Shown here piece by piece: positions 10,179 through 18,453 of a DNA stretch of 64,000 bases; within the stretch, counting starts at the first letter, position 1, and every line of letters starts with the position of its first letter. The DNA comes from Dehalococcoidia bacterium. Its GTDB lineage: Bacteria > Chloroflexota > Dehalococcoidia > UBA2979. The DNA lies in the NCBI GenBank assembly GCA_965262725.1, contig OZ253555.1, positions 3,296,001 through 3,360,000 on the forward strand, given 5' to 3'. The notes under the pieces are model-generated. The model was given only the letters and a program-made list of their open reading frames with translations, did no database searches and was not told where the DNA came from. Made by a program: the position numbers and the translations under genes.

Positions 10179-11270
10179 CTACGCCGCCTCGGCCGCGCGC
10201 GCGTGGCGCAACGGCTCGTAGACCTCCCCGCTCTTCCAGAGCGCAAGCATCAGCACCGCCAGTCGCCTCGCGACCGCGACGACGGCACGCTTCTTCGCAT
10301 TGCCGGCCCCCGACTCCGCGTAACGCAGCCCCCACCTGCGGAGGTCGCTGTCGGGGCCGAAGGGGCCCAGGATGTAGTGCGCGGCCTGGTTCAGCACCCG
10401 GCGCAGCGCCACGTCCCCTTCCTTCGTGATCCGCAGCTGGGGCTGCCGATCACCGGAATCGCGGCTCCGGGGCACCAGCCCCAGGTAGGGCCCCACCTCC
10501 CTGTTCTTGGGGAAGCGGGCCGGGTCCTCGATGGTGAGGATGAAGGTGAGCGAGGTGATCGGGCCGACGCCCACGATCTGCCGCAGCGCGCCGGTCTCCG
10601 CGTAGCGCTCGCACATCGCGGCGAGCTTCTTGTCGGCCTGGCGGATCTCCCCGGTCAGCTGCTCGATCTGGTGGAGCACCGGCAGCAGCGCCGGGCCCAG
10701 CTCCTCGGGGATGTGCTCTCTGACCGCGCGGTGGAAGGCCGGCGCCGTGCAGCCCGGAAGCGCCGCGCCCCACGCCTTCACCGCGCCCCGGACGTGGTTG
10801 ATGAACATCGTGCGCGCCCGGACCAGCGCCTCGCGGCTGCGGAGCACCTGGAGGTCCGCCTGCGCCATGGCGCTTCGGTGCCGGATGGGGAAGAGGAGCG
10901 CCGGGTCGAATCGGCCGAGCCGTGCGAGGTGCTCGGCATCGGAGCGGTCGGTCTTGCGCTGGCTGCGCGCGATCAGCCTGACCTGCCTCGGGTTGGCGAC
11001 GATCACGTCGTGACCGAGCTCCGCGAACATCCGGCTCAGCCACGGGGAACGCGGCCCCACCTCCATCACCACCCGGGCGCCCTGCAGTGGGGTGAGCGCC
11101 CGCGTGAGCGCCGCGGTCGTGGTGCGGACTCGCTCCTCCCGCACGATCTCCCCGTCGCCACCGAGGACGCAGAGGTGGCTGTAGCGGTCGCTGACGTCGA
11201 TGCCGACAGTCACGAGCTCCGCATCCCCCACCTTCCTGCTCTCTGTGACATCTGATGTACGCTGTGCCAC
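10179..11270 (-). CDS. IS110-family DEDD recombinase/transposase
   Basis: VTVGIDVS, VMEVG, KTDRSDA, YLGLVPRSRDSG, AVVAVARRLA. GTG 11270 follows an AGGTAGGAG RBS. Confidence 0.92.
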   Translation of the reverse strand: MAQRTSDVTESRKVGDAELVTVGIDVSDRYSHLCVLGGDGEIVREERVRTTTAALTRALTPLQGARVVMEVGPRSPWLSRMFAELGHDVIVANPRQVRLIARSQRKTDRSDAEHLARLGRFDPALLFPIRHRSAMAQADLQVLRSREALVRARTMFINHVRGAVKAWGAALPGCTAPAFHRAVREHIPEELGPALLPVLHQIEQLTGEIRQADKKLAAMCERYAETGALRQIVGVGPITSLTFILTIEDPARFPKNREVGPYLGLVPRSRDSGDRQPQLRITKEGDVALRRVLNQAAHYILGPFGPDSDLRRWGLRYAESGAGNAKKRAVVAVARRLAVLMLALWKSGEVYEPLRHARAAEAA

Positions 11271-11834
11271 GGTCGGTCTCCTACCTCTCTCGGCTCGCCT
11301 GAGCCGTTCTCCTGGGCCACCACGTGAGCCCGTGCTTGGAGGGGAAGTATCCCCTCTGAGGAGGGGACCGACCCTCATGTCATCTTGTTCGCCGCCTTCA
11401 TCGCTCGTACGGCCCCATCAGACTGCTGCGCATCGTTCATCATCGGCTACGGTTTACGTCCCTTCCCGACGCGGTCCCGGCGTACGACTCGTCGGGACAA
11501 CGCGCAGCTCTCCCAAGTCCCGGCGATAGACGTGTGTGCGTGCATGGGGTCTTCGACACCGTGGGGCCCGACCACGACTCGCCAGTAGCGCCGTCGCCGG
11601 TATTGCCTTCGACCAATCCAAGAGCCTCGGCACCCCAAATGGCCCTTTCGATGCTCATTAGCCCCGCCCGCACACCCCGCTGCCGACGCTTCACAAGCCG
11701 CCTCGCGACGACCCGCGCACGGCTCGCGGAATGACATGAGTGGCTAGCTCTTTGCCATAGAGGACTTCCACCTCCTGCCTACTCGCCAGTTAGCCTGGCG
11801 CTCTGGATTCGAGCTTAAGGGCGGGGACGCCCGA

Positions 11835-11843
11835 TGCTAGACT
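11835..11843 (+). promoter_or_regulatory. Extended -10-like box, probably a leaderless purEK transcript
   Basis: TGcTAGACT followed by 6 nt and the purE ATG; no Shine-Dalgarno. Confidence 0.4.
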
Positions 11844-11849
11844 GCGGTC

Positions 11850-12341
11850 ATGCAACCCCTCGCCGGCATCATCATGGGCTCCTCCTCCGACTGGGAGACG
11901 ATGCGCCTCACCGCCGACGTGCTCGAGGAGCTCGGCGTGCCGCACGAGGTACGCGTGATCTCCGCGCACCGGACGCCGGACCTCCTCTTCGAGTACGCGT
12001 CCACCGCCCGGGAGCGTGGGCTCCAGGTGATCGTGGCCGGCGCCGGGGGCGCGGCGCACCTGCCGGGAATGACCGCCGCCAAGACGGCCCTGCCCGTGAT
12101 CGGCGTGCCGGTCGAGTCGAAGGCGCTGAGCGGACTCGACTCGCTGCTCTCGATCGTCCAGATGCCGGCAGGCGTACCGGTGGCGACGGTGGCGATCGGC
12201 GCGGCCGGGGCCCGCAACGCCGGCCTGCTCGCCGCAGCGATCCTCGCCCCGGGCCGCCCCGCCATCGCCGAGGCGCTCGATAGCTACCGCACGCGTCAGA
12301 CCGACGGCGTCCTCGCGCAGCCGGATCCCCGCCAGGGCTGA
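11850..12341 (+). CDS. purE: N5-carboxyaminoimidazole ribonucleotide mutase
   Basis: [43 protein letters not shown]. Confidence 0.97.
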   Translation: MQPLAGIIMGSSSDWETMRLTADVLEELGVPHEVRVISAHRTPDLLFEYASTARERGLQVIVAGAGGAAHLPGMTAAKTALPVIGVPVESKALSGLDSLLSIVQMPAGVPVATVAIGAAGARNAGLLAAAILAPGRPAIAEALDSYRTRQTDGVLAQPDPRQG

Positions 12342-12344
12342 GGC

Positions 12345-13484
12345 GTGCGGATCGGCGTAGTCGGGGCCGGCCAGCTCGGGCGCATGCTCGTGCTGGCCGG
12401 TCGGCCGCTCGGCATCGACTTCCTGATGTACGACCCGGCGCCCGACGCCTCGGGCGGGCGCGTCGCGCCGCTCGTCGTCGGGGACTTCGACGACCGGCGC
12501 GCGCTCGAGCGCTTCGCCTCAGAGGCGGACGTGGTGACCTTCGACTGGGAGAACGTCCCCGCCAACGCCCTGAGAACCCTCCGCGGCCGCGCCGCCGTGC
12601 GGCCGCCGGCGCGTGCGCTCGCGCTCTCGCAGGACAGGCTCGCCGAGAAACGGATCTTCCGGCGGCTCGGCATCGCCACGGCGCCGTTCGCGGCCGTGAA
12701 CTCGCTTCAGGGGCTGCGGCGCGCCGTTGGCCGCGTCGGCCTGCCGGGCGTGCTGAAGACGCGACGGCTCGGCTACGACGGGAAGGGCCAGGCGTGGCTG
12801 AAGCACCCCCGCGACATCGGGACGGCCTACGAGGTCCTGGGCGGGCGGCCGCTCATCTACGAGGCGCGCGTCCCCTTCACGCGCGAGCTCTCGCTGCTCT
12901 CGGTGCGGGGTGCCGACGGCGCGATCGCCCACTACCCGCTCGCCGAGAACCGCCACGAGCGGGGGATCCTCAGGCTCACCACCGCCCCCTACGTCGACCG
13001 CGCGCTGCAGGCGGAGGCGGAGGCGTACCTGGAGTCGCTGCTCCGGCGCCTGCGCTACGTCGGCGTGCTGGGCGTCGAGTTCTTCGAGGCGGAGGGGCGT
13101 CTCGTCGCGAACGAGACGGCCGCGCGCGTGCACAACTCCGGCCACTGGACGATCGAGGGCTCGGTGACGAGCCAGTTCGAGAACCACATCCGGGCCCTCG
13201 CGGGGCTGCCCCTCGGACGCACCGACGCGCGGGGCTACGCAGCGATGGTCAACTTCATCGGCCGCCTCCCCGACGCCGCGGAGGTGCTCGCGGTGCCGGG
13301 TGCCCACTTCCACGACTACGAGAAAACCCCGCGCCCCGGCCGCAAGGTCGGCCACGCCACCCTCGTCTCGCGGAGCGCCCGCGAGCGCGACCGCGCGGCC
13401 AGACGCCTGCTCGAGCTGGGACGGCGCGCGGCCGGTGAGGAGCTGCCCCCCGCCGGGCGCGGCGGGAGGCCCCGGCGTCAGTAG
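12345..13484 (+). CDS. purK: N5-carboxyaminoimidazole ribonucleotide synthase
   Basis: GAGQLGRML, GYDGKGQ, RVHNSGHWT, SQFENH, RKVGH; directly after purE. Confidence 0.95.
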   Translation: MRIGVVGAGQLGRMLVLAGRPLGIDFLMYDPAPDASGGRVAPLVVGDFDDRRALERFASEADVVTFDWENVPANALRTLRGRAAVRPPARALALSQDRLAEKRIFRRLGIATAPFAAVNSLQGLRRAVGRVGLPGVLKTRRLGYDGKGQAWLKHPRDIGTAYEVLGGRPLIYEARVPFTRELSLLSVRGADGAIAHYPLAENRHERGILRLTTAPYVDRALQAEAEAYLESLLRRLRYVGVLGVEFFEAEGRLVANETAARVHNSGHWTIEGSVTSQFENHIRALAGLPLGRTDARGYAAMVNFIGRLPDAAEVLAVPGAHFHDYEKTPRPGRKVGHATLVSRSARERDRAARRLLELGRRAAGEELPPAGRGGRPRRQ

Positions 13485-14158
13485 GTGCCGACGAGCGGGT
13501 CGGGCGGACCGAGGCTGAGCACGTCGAGTCGGGCACGGAACGCGTCGACATCGAGGCTCATGATCTGCAGGTCGTGCAGCACGCCATCGCGGTCGATCGC
13601 GTGGCGCGCCAGCCGCGCCTCGCGGCGGAAGCCCATGCGCGAGAAGACGGAGATCGCGGCGCGCTGGTCGGTCGTCATCTGCGCCACCATCTTCTTGACG
13701 CCCAGCTGCCGCGCGAGCGCGAACGCCTGCTCGGTGAGCAGACGGCCGAGGTGCTTTCCGCGCATCGACTCCGCCACCAGCACGCGCAGCTCCGCGACGT
13801 GGCGGGTCCAGTGGAGCCCCTCGCGGCCCACGGTCGCGACGCCCACGACTTCGTCGCCGCGGAGGCCGAGTACCGTGACGTACTGCCCCTCCTCCACGAG
13901 TTCAAGCCAGGCGCGCACATGATCCGGGTTGGTGATGTCGCGCCTGAGGAAGAGCAGGTCGTGCTCGGGGAGCTCGCGAGCGAAGGCGAGCAGCGCCTCC
14001 TGATCCGCGGCGGTGGCGAGACGCAGCGTGAGCGTGGCCTCGCCCAGGGCGATCTGCGCCGGGTAGTCCAGGGGCTCCTGCGCCTGAGCCTCCACCTGCT
14101 CCGAGACGACCCACGCGTGGCCGCCGAGGAGACGGCCCAGGAGGCTACCTATGCCCAT
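13478..14158 (-). CDS. GNAT-family N-acetyltransferase
   Basis: VAESMRGKHLGRLL acetyl-CoA-binding motif and AISVFSRMGF. Start uncertain. Confidence 0.8.
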   Translation of the reverse strand: MGIGSLLGRLLGGHAWVVSEQVEAQAQEPLDYPAQIALGEATLTLRLATAADQEALLAFARELPEHDLLFLRRDITNPDHVRAWLELVEEGQYVTVLGLRGDEVVGVATVGREGLHWTRHVAELRVLVAESMRGKHLGRLLTEQAFALARQLGVKKMVAQMTTDQRAAISVFSRMGFRREARLARHAIDRDGVLHDLQIMSLDVDAFRARLDVLSLGPPDPLVGTY

Positions 14159-14243
14159 CGCACACGCTCCACCTCATCACCCTCCCATGGTAGGGCAGAG
14201 GCACGCGCCGCGACACCCCGCCCCCGACCGTCGTCCGCCCGGC

Positions 14244-15059
14244 TCAGGGCCGGCAGTAGGCGGCGACCTCGCGCGCGAAGGTCTCCTGCTGGTAGAGCGG
14301 GTGTGGCTCCCCGCCGGCGACGATCTTGAGCTCGGCGTTCGGGATCAGATCGGAGACGTGCGCGATGTTCTTGACGAAGGTGTCGGCCTCGCTGCAGAGG
14401 ACCAGAGTCGGCACGGGGACGAGCGGAAGCCTCGCCTTCGAATCCCAGCGGAAGAGGGCGCGCAGCGCCATGCTCGTCCTGGGCCCGGGCTTGATGTAGT
14501 CGATGAAGAGCGCCGTCGACCCGCCGGCGCCGTAGCGCTGCACCCCGGCGTGGCTGTTCCACGCCTCGAGCAGCCCCGATCCGTCCTCGCCCGCGGACCA
14601 GTCGGCGAAGAAGGGCGCGTCCACCTGCGTCAGCCGCGTCGCGGGGTTGCGCCAGAACGGCATGCCCGAGATCACGAGCTTGCGGAAGCGCTCCGGCTGC
14701 TGGATCGACGCCTCGGCGGCGATCACCGACCCCGTGTGATGGCCGACCACGGCCGGCTCGTCCAGCCCCAGCGAGTCGAGCGCCTCGAGCAGAACCCGGG
14801 CGTAGTCCGGGATCTCCAGCACGCGGTCCGCGGGCGCCGGGTCGGAGTCGCCCTGCCCGAGCGTATCGAGCGCGTAGACCGTGAAGTCGCGGGCGAGATC
14901 GGGGATCACCCCGAAGAACATGCGCGAGGAGAGCCACGTGTTGTGCAGAAGCACGAGCGGCGGGCCGCTGCCGACCGTGCGGTAGTGGATCTGCCCGAGC
15001 GAGGTGTCGGCAAAGGCGCGCTTCAGCGTCGCTCCCTCCGCCAGTACGCCGTAGGTCAC
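14244..15059 (-). CDS. Alpha/beta-fold hydrolase
   Basis: GPPLVLLH, ALDTLGQGDSD; nucleophile elbow reads GHHTG. Confidence 0.85.
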   Translation of the reverse strand: MTYGVLAEGATLKRAFADTSLGQIHYRTVGSGPPLVLLHNTWLSSRMFFGVIPDLARDFTVYALDTLGQGDSDPAPADRVLEIPDYARVLLEALDSLGLDEPAVVGHHTGSVIAAEASIQQPERFRKLVISGMPFWRNPATRLTQVDAPFFADWSAGEDGSGLLEAWNSHAGVQRYGAGGSTALFIDYIKPGPRTSMALRALFRWDSKARLPLVPVPTLVLCSEADTFVKNIAHVSDLIPNAELKIVAGGEPHPLYQQETFAREVAAYCRP

Positions 15060-15193
15060 CGCTCACTCCCTCCGCGCCGCGCGCGTCCGTCTCGGCCGCG
15101 CCTCCGTATTGCGCATGGCGCATAGGTAGTGCAGGCGACGCCGCTTGTCCAGTCCGGCGCCGACGGCGGGCCCGCCGGCCAGGTGTCCTGGTG

Positions 15194-16144
15194 TCAGCGC
15201 GCGGCGGCGGGTCGCGCTCGCTCGTTCCAGCCGGCGACCACCGGGAGCACCTCCTCGACGAGGCGACGGCTCTGATCGAGCATCCCCCGGTCGTCGTCGG
15301 CGAGCGGCCGCAGCACGAACTTCGAGACGCCGGCCTCCACGAACGCCTCAAGGCGCCGCACGATCGCCTGCGCGTCGCCGACGGCGAGATAGCTCTCGAG
15401 CACCTCCTCGCCGAGCCGGCGGAGCGGCGCCACGGCCCGCTCGACCGGAGCGTCGTCCCTGCTCCCGAAGCGGAAGGCGAAGGTCGCCCCGTAGTGGTCC
15501 TCGTCGATGGGACGGCCGGCCTCCGCGGCGGCGCGCCGAATGGCGGAGACGGTTTCCCGCGTCTGCGCCACCGTGTGCAGGCCGCCCAGCCAGCCCGTCC
15601 CGACGCGCGCCGTGCGGCGGATCGCCGCCTCCGAGGCGCCGCCGATCCACAAAGGCAGCGGCTGCTGCACCGGACTGGGCTCGATGGTGAGGCCCCGCGC
15701 CGAGTAGTACTTACCCCGGAAGCTGACGTCGCGCTCCGACCACAACCGCGCCAGGAGATCGAGCGCCTCGTCGGCGCGCGCGCCGCGGGAGCGGGAAGAG
15801 AGTCCCGCCGTCTCCCAGTCCGCCGACCGGGCGTTGCCGACGCCGAAGGCGGGAAGCAGGCGCCCGTTCGAGAGGTGGTCGATGCTCGCGCACTGCTTCG
15901 CGACGAGCAGCGGATCGCGTAGCGGAAGGACCACCACGTTCATGCCGAACTTGAGGCGCTGCGTGCCGCCGGCGAGCGCCGCCATCAGCGCCATCGGCTC
16001 AAGCGCCGGCTGGGGCGAGACGAGGCGATCGCTCTGCCATATCGAGTCGACGCCGCCGTCCTCGCAGAGCTCGATCCAGCGCCAGAAGGCACGCGCGCCG
16101 GAGAACGGGTAGGCGGCGAGCCCGAGACCGACGCCGATGCTCAT
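15194..16144 (-). CDS. LLM-class flavin/F420-dependent oxidoreductase
   Basis: DSIWQSDRL, LPLRDPLLVAKQCASIDHLSNGR, PLWIGG. Confidence 0.88.
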   Translation of the reverse strand: MSIGVGLGLAAYPFSGARAFWRWIELCEDGGVDSIWQSDRLVSPQPALEPMALMAALAGGTQRLKFGMNVVVLPLRDPLLVAKQCASIDHLSNGRLLPAFGVGNARSADWETAGLSSRSRGARADEALDLLARLWSERDVSFRGKYYSARGLTIEPSPVQQPLPLWIGGASEAAIRRTARVGTGWLGGLHTVAQTRETVSAIRRAAAEAGRPIDEDHYGATFAFRFGSRDDAPVERAVAPLRRLGEEVLESYLAVGDAQAIVRRLEAFVEAGVSKFVLRPLADDDRGMLDQSRRLVEEVLPVVAGWNERARPAAAR

Positions 16145-16178
16145 CCTGCCCCCTCCCCCCCGGCGCCCCCGCCCGCGG

Positions 16179-16496
16179 CTACTCCTCGGGCGTCTCCCCG
16201 ATCTCATAGTCAACGCCGGAGATTGCGGACACGATTGGCACCAGCTTCTCCGCGACGATGCGGTCGTGCTGCTCGCCCTGCGAGTACTCCCGGTAGGCTG
16301 CCCGGGTGGCGAAGTCCATCGTCATCACCCAGTCGTAGCGCCGGGAGCGACGCGACTCCGAGATGTTGCGGCCCATCGAGATCGCGATCATCCCCGGCAT
16401 GCTGTCGTGGATCGCCTGGAAGCCCTGCTCGACGTCGGCGATCTGCTCGGGCGTCGTGCCCTCCTTGAAACCCAGGTTGATGATGTGGCGGTGCAT
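16179..16496 (-). CDS. Dabb-family (stress-responsive A/B barrel) protein
   Basis: HRHIINLGFKEG, GRNIS...YDW, H near the C-terminus, VDYE; GGGAGG RBS. Confidence 0.75.
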   Translation of the reverse strand: MHRHIINLGFKEGTTPEQIADVEQGFQAIHDSMPGMIAISMGRNISESRRSRRYDWVMTMDFATRAAYREYSQGEQHDRIVAEKLVPIVSAISGVDYEIGETPEE

Positions 16497-16733
16497 CGTT
16501 CCTCCCTTCCCGTCGGGGGCGCATGCTACGGCCCACGGCTGCCGCGCGGCGAGCGAGGGCGCGCGGGGCCGGCCTCCGGATCTCGGGGTACGGTGGTTCG
16601 GTTCTCTCTACAATGGGGCTGCGCCCGAGCCGAGTGCTGGGGCCGATCCACCGCGGCGGGCCCGAGGTCGCCTCCCCGGGCCCGCGGAGCCGCGTGATGG
16701 GAGACGGGCCGTGGTGACGACGAGCAGCCGCCC

Positions 16734-18182
16734 GTGACCTCGGCCCCCGCCGGCGCTCCCGGCGGTCGGGGATACGATCTCTTCGTGATCGGGTCGGGCC
16801 CCGCCGGCCAGCGCGGGGCCATCCAGGCGGCGAAGCTGGGGGCGCCGCGTCGGCCTCGCCGAGGTGCAGGGCACGCTGGGCGGCGTCTGCTTCAACACCG
16901 GCACCATTCCGAGCAAGACGCTCCGGCAGGCCGTCATGGAACTCTACTCCGCGCGCGCGCGGAGGAGGGCCACGCCCTCAGCGCGGGCTCCGTGGAGATG
17001 GGCGGCCTCGTGTCGCGCGTCAACCACGTCATGGAGAACGAGCAGGAGCTGGCGAGGCGCCAGCTCGAGCGCAACGGCGTGGAGGTGCACTGGGCGCGCG
17101 CCTCGCTCGTCGGACCGCACCGCGTGCGGCTGGAGCCGGCTCAGCCGGGGGGCGGCCCCGCTGTCGAGGTGCACGCCGACCACGTCCTCATCGCCACCGG
17201 CTCCACCGCCACTCGCAACCCGGAGATCCCCTTCGACGGCGAGTACGTGCTGACCAGCGACGACGTGCTGGGGCTCGATCGCGCGCCGCGATCGCTCGCG
17301 GTGGTCGGCGCCGGCGTGATCGGGACGGAGTACGCGAGCATCTTCGCCGCGCTCGGGGTGCGCGTCGCGCTGATCGACAAGGGCCCGACCCTGCTTCCCT
17401 TCGTCGACGGCGAGATCGTCGCCGCGCTCACCTACCAGCTGCGCCGCCGCCGCGTGAGGATGCGCCTCGGCGAGGAAGTGTCCCGGGTCGAGATCGTGGA
17501 GCGAGACGGCGAGACGCACGTGCGCCTCGGCCTCGCCTCCGGGAAGCAGATCATCACAGAGCGAGTGCTCTACAGCATCGGGCGCTCCGGGACGACGGCC
17601 GGTCTCGGGCTCGAGGCGCTCGGCATCGAGCCCGATCCTCGGGGGCGGCTCGCCGTCGACGCGTACTGCCGGACCGCCGTCCCGCACATCTACGCGGCCG
17701 GCGACGTGATCGGCTTCCCCGCGCTCGCCTCCACGTCGATGGAGCAGGGGCGGCTCGCCGCGGCCCACGCCTTCGGCGGCGCGATCCACTCGCAGCCGGA
17801 CCTCCTGCCATACGGGATCTACACGGTGCCGGAGATCTCGATGGTCGGACGCACCGAGGCCGAGCTGACCGAGGCAGGCGTCCCCTACGAGGTCGGGCTC
17901 GCCCGCTACAGCGAGATCGCGCGCGGGCAGATCGTCGGCGACATCTCGGGGCTCCTCAAGCTGATCGTGCACATCGAGACGCACGAGGTGCTCGGCGTGC
18001 ACATCATCGGCGAGGGGGCATCGGAGCTCGTCCACATCGGGCAGGTGGTGATGGGTCTCAGGGGCGTCGTCGACTACTTCTCCGAGACCGTCTTCAACTA
18101 CCCGACCTTCGCCGAGTGCTACAAGACCGCCGCCCTCGACGTGCTCAACCGCCTCGCGGTGGTGGATTCCCTCGAGCTGTAG
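16734..18182 (+). CDS. sthA: Soluble pyridine nucleotide transhydrogenase (two compensating frameshifts near the 5' end)
   Basis: YDLFVIGSGPAG, GAGVIGTEYAS, GDVIGFPALASTSMEQGR, FNYPTFAECYK. The conserved GGVCFNTGTIPSKTLR segment lies in another frame (ORF 16864). Confidence 0.85.
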   Translation: MTSAPAGAPGGRGYDLFVIGSGPAGQRGAIQAAKLGAPRRPRRGAGHAGRRLLQHRHHSEQDAPAGRHGTLLRARAEEGHALSAGSVEMGGLVSRVNHVMENEQELARRQLERNGVEVHWARASLVGPHRVRLEPAQPGGGPAVEVHADHVLIATGSTATRNPEIPFDGEYVLTSDDVLGLDRAPRSLAVVGAGVIGTEYASIFAALGVRVALIDKGPTLLPFVDGEIVAALTYQLRRRRVRMRLGEEVSRVEIVERDGETHVRLGLASGKQIITERVLYSIGRSGTTAGLGLEALGIEPDPRGRLAVDAYCRTAVPHIYAAGDVIGFPALASTSMEQGRLAAAHAFGGAIHSQPDLLPYGIYTVPEISMVGRTEAELTEAGVPYEVGLARYSEIARGQIVGDISGLLKLIVHIETHEVLGVHIIGEGASELVHIGQVVMGLRGVVDYFSETVFNYPTFAECYKTAALDVLNRLAVVDSLEL

Positions 18183-18229
18183 CCGGATCGCCCTGCGGCC
18201 AGCCGCCACCGGGGCGGCCCCCTTACCTT

Positions 18230-18400
18230 CTTTCTGCGGCCTGGGTAGCTTCCCGGGCCGGGAGTCCGGCCGTGCCGGCATGGCTCAGTGCCCCCTGTCG
18301 CTTGACGGCCTGGGGGGTGTTGCCACCGGCACTGCTCGGTGCGTGAACCTCTGATAGGGACATGCGAGCTGATCGCTGATTCGTAAGGTGGATGACGGCG
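18230..18400 (+). ncRNA. Candidate bridge RNA in the IS110 left end
   Basis: GATAGGGACA (18353-18362) is identical to the right end 19718-19727. GTAAGGTG (18383-18390) is the reverse complement of the predicted circle junction CACCTTAC. Confidence 0.65.
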
Positions 18401-18453
18401 CGCGCACCTGCGGCCTTCCGGACGAGTGGACGGAGCACCCGAGAGGAGCCGCA

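Larger units (their letters stand above)
9833..11386 (-). mobile_element. IS110-family element, IS1111 type
   Basis: CTT core at both junctions (9830-9832, 11384-11386). Perfect 10-bp sub-terminal inverted repeats ATGAGGGTCG (9835-9844) and CGACCCTCAT (11369-11378). Removing the element restores intron sequence GCGCCCC-CTT-GTTCGCCGCC. Confidence 0.88.
8333..11803 (-). mobile_element. Group II intron (RT/maturase without endonuclease domain), interrupted by IS110 in domain III
   Basis: Domain V GAGCCGGATGCCCGAGAGGGCACGTCCGGATC (8404-8373, AGC triad) and domain VI hairpin follow the RT ORF. Boundaries come from comparison with the empty site at 231-251. EBS1-like TGGATT at 11620-11615. Confidence 0.92.
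6684..11813 (+). mobile_element. IS1380-family element (copy 2) carrying a nested group II intron and IS110
   Basis: 5-bp duplication CTTAA at 6679-6683 and 11814-11818. Left end CCCTGATCCACCGAA. The right end TTCGG|TGGATTCGAG is split by the intron. Confidence 0.92.

Noticed and set aside
1-11813. Composite transposon formed by the two directly repeated IS1380 copies around 252-6683
   Set aside because: Copy 2 has its own CTTAA duplication on both sides, and copy 1 is followed by TGTAT, so independent insertions are more parsimonious.
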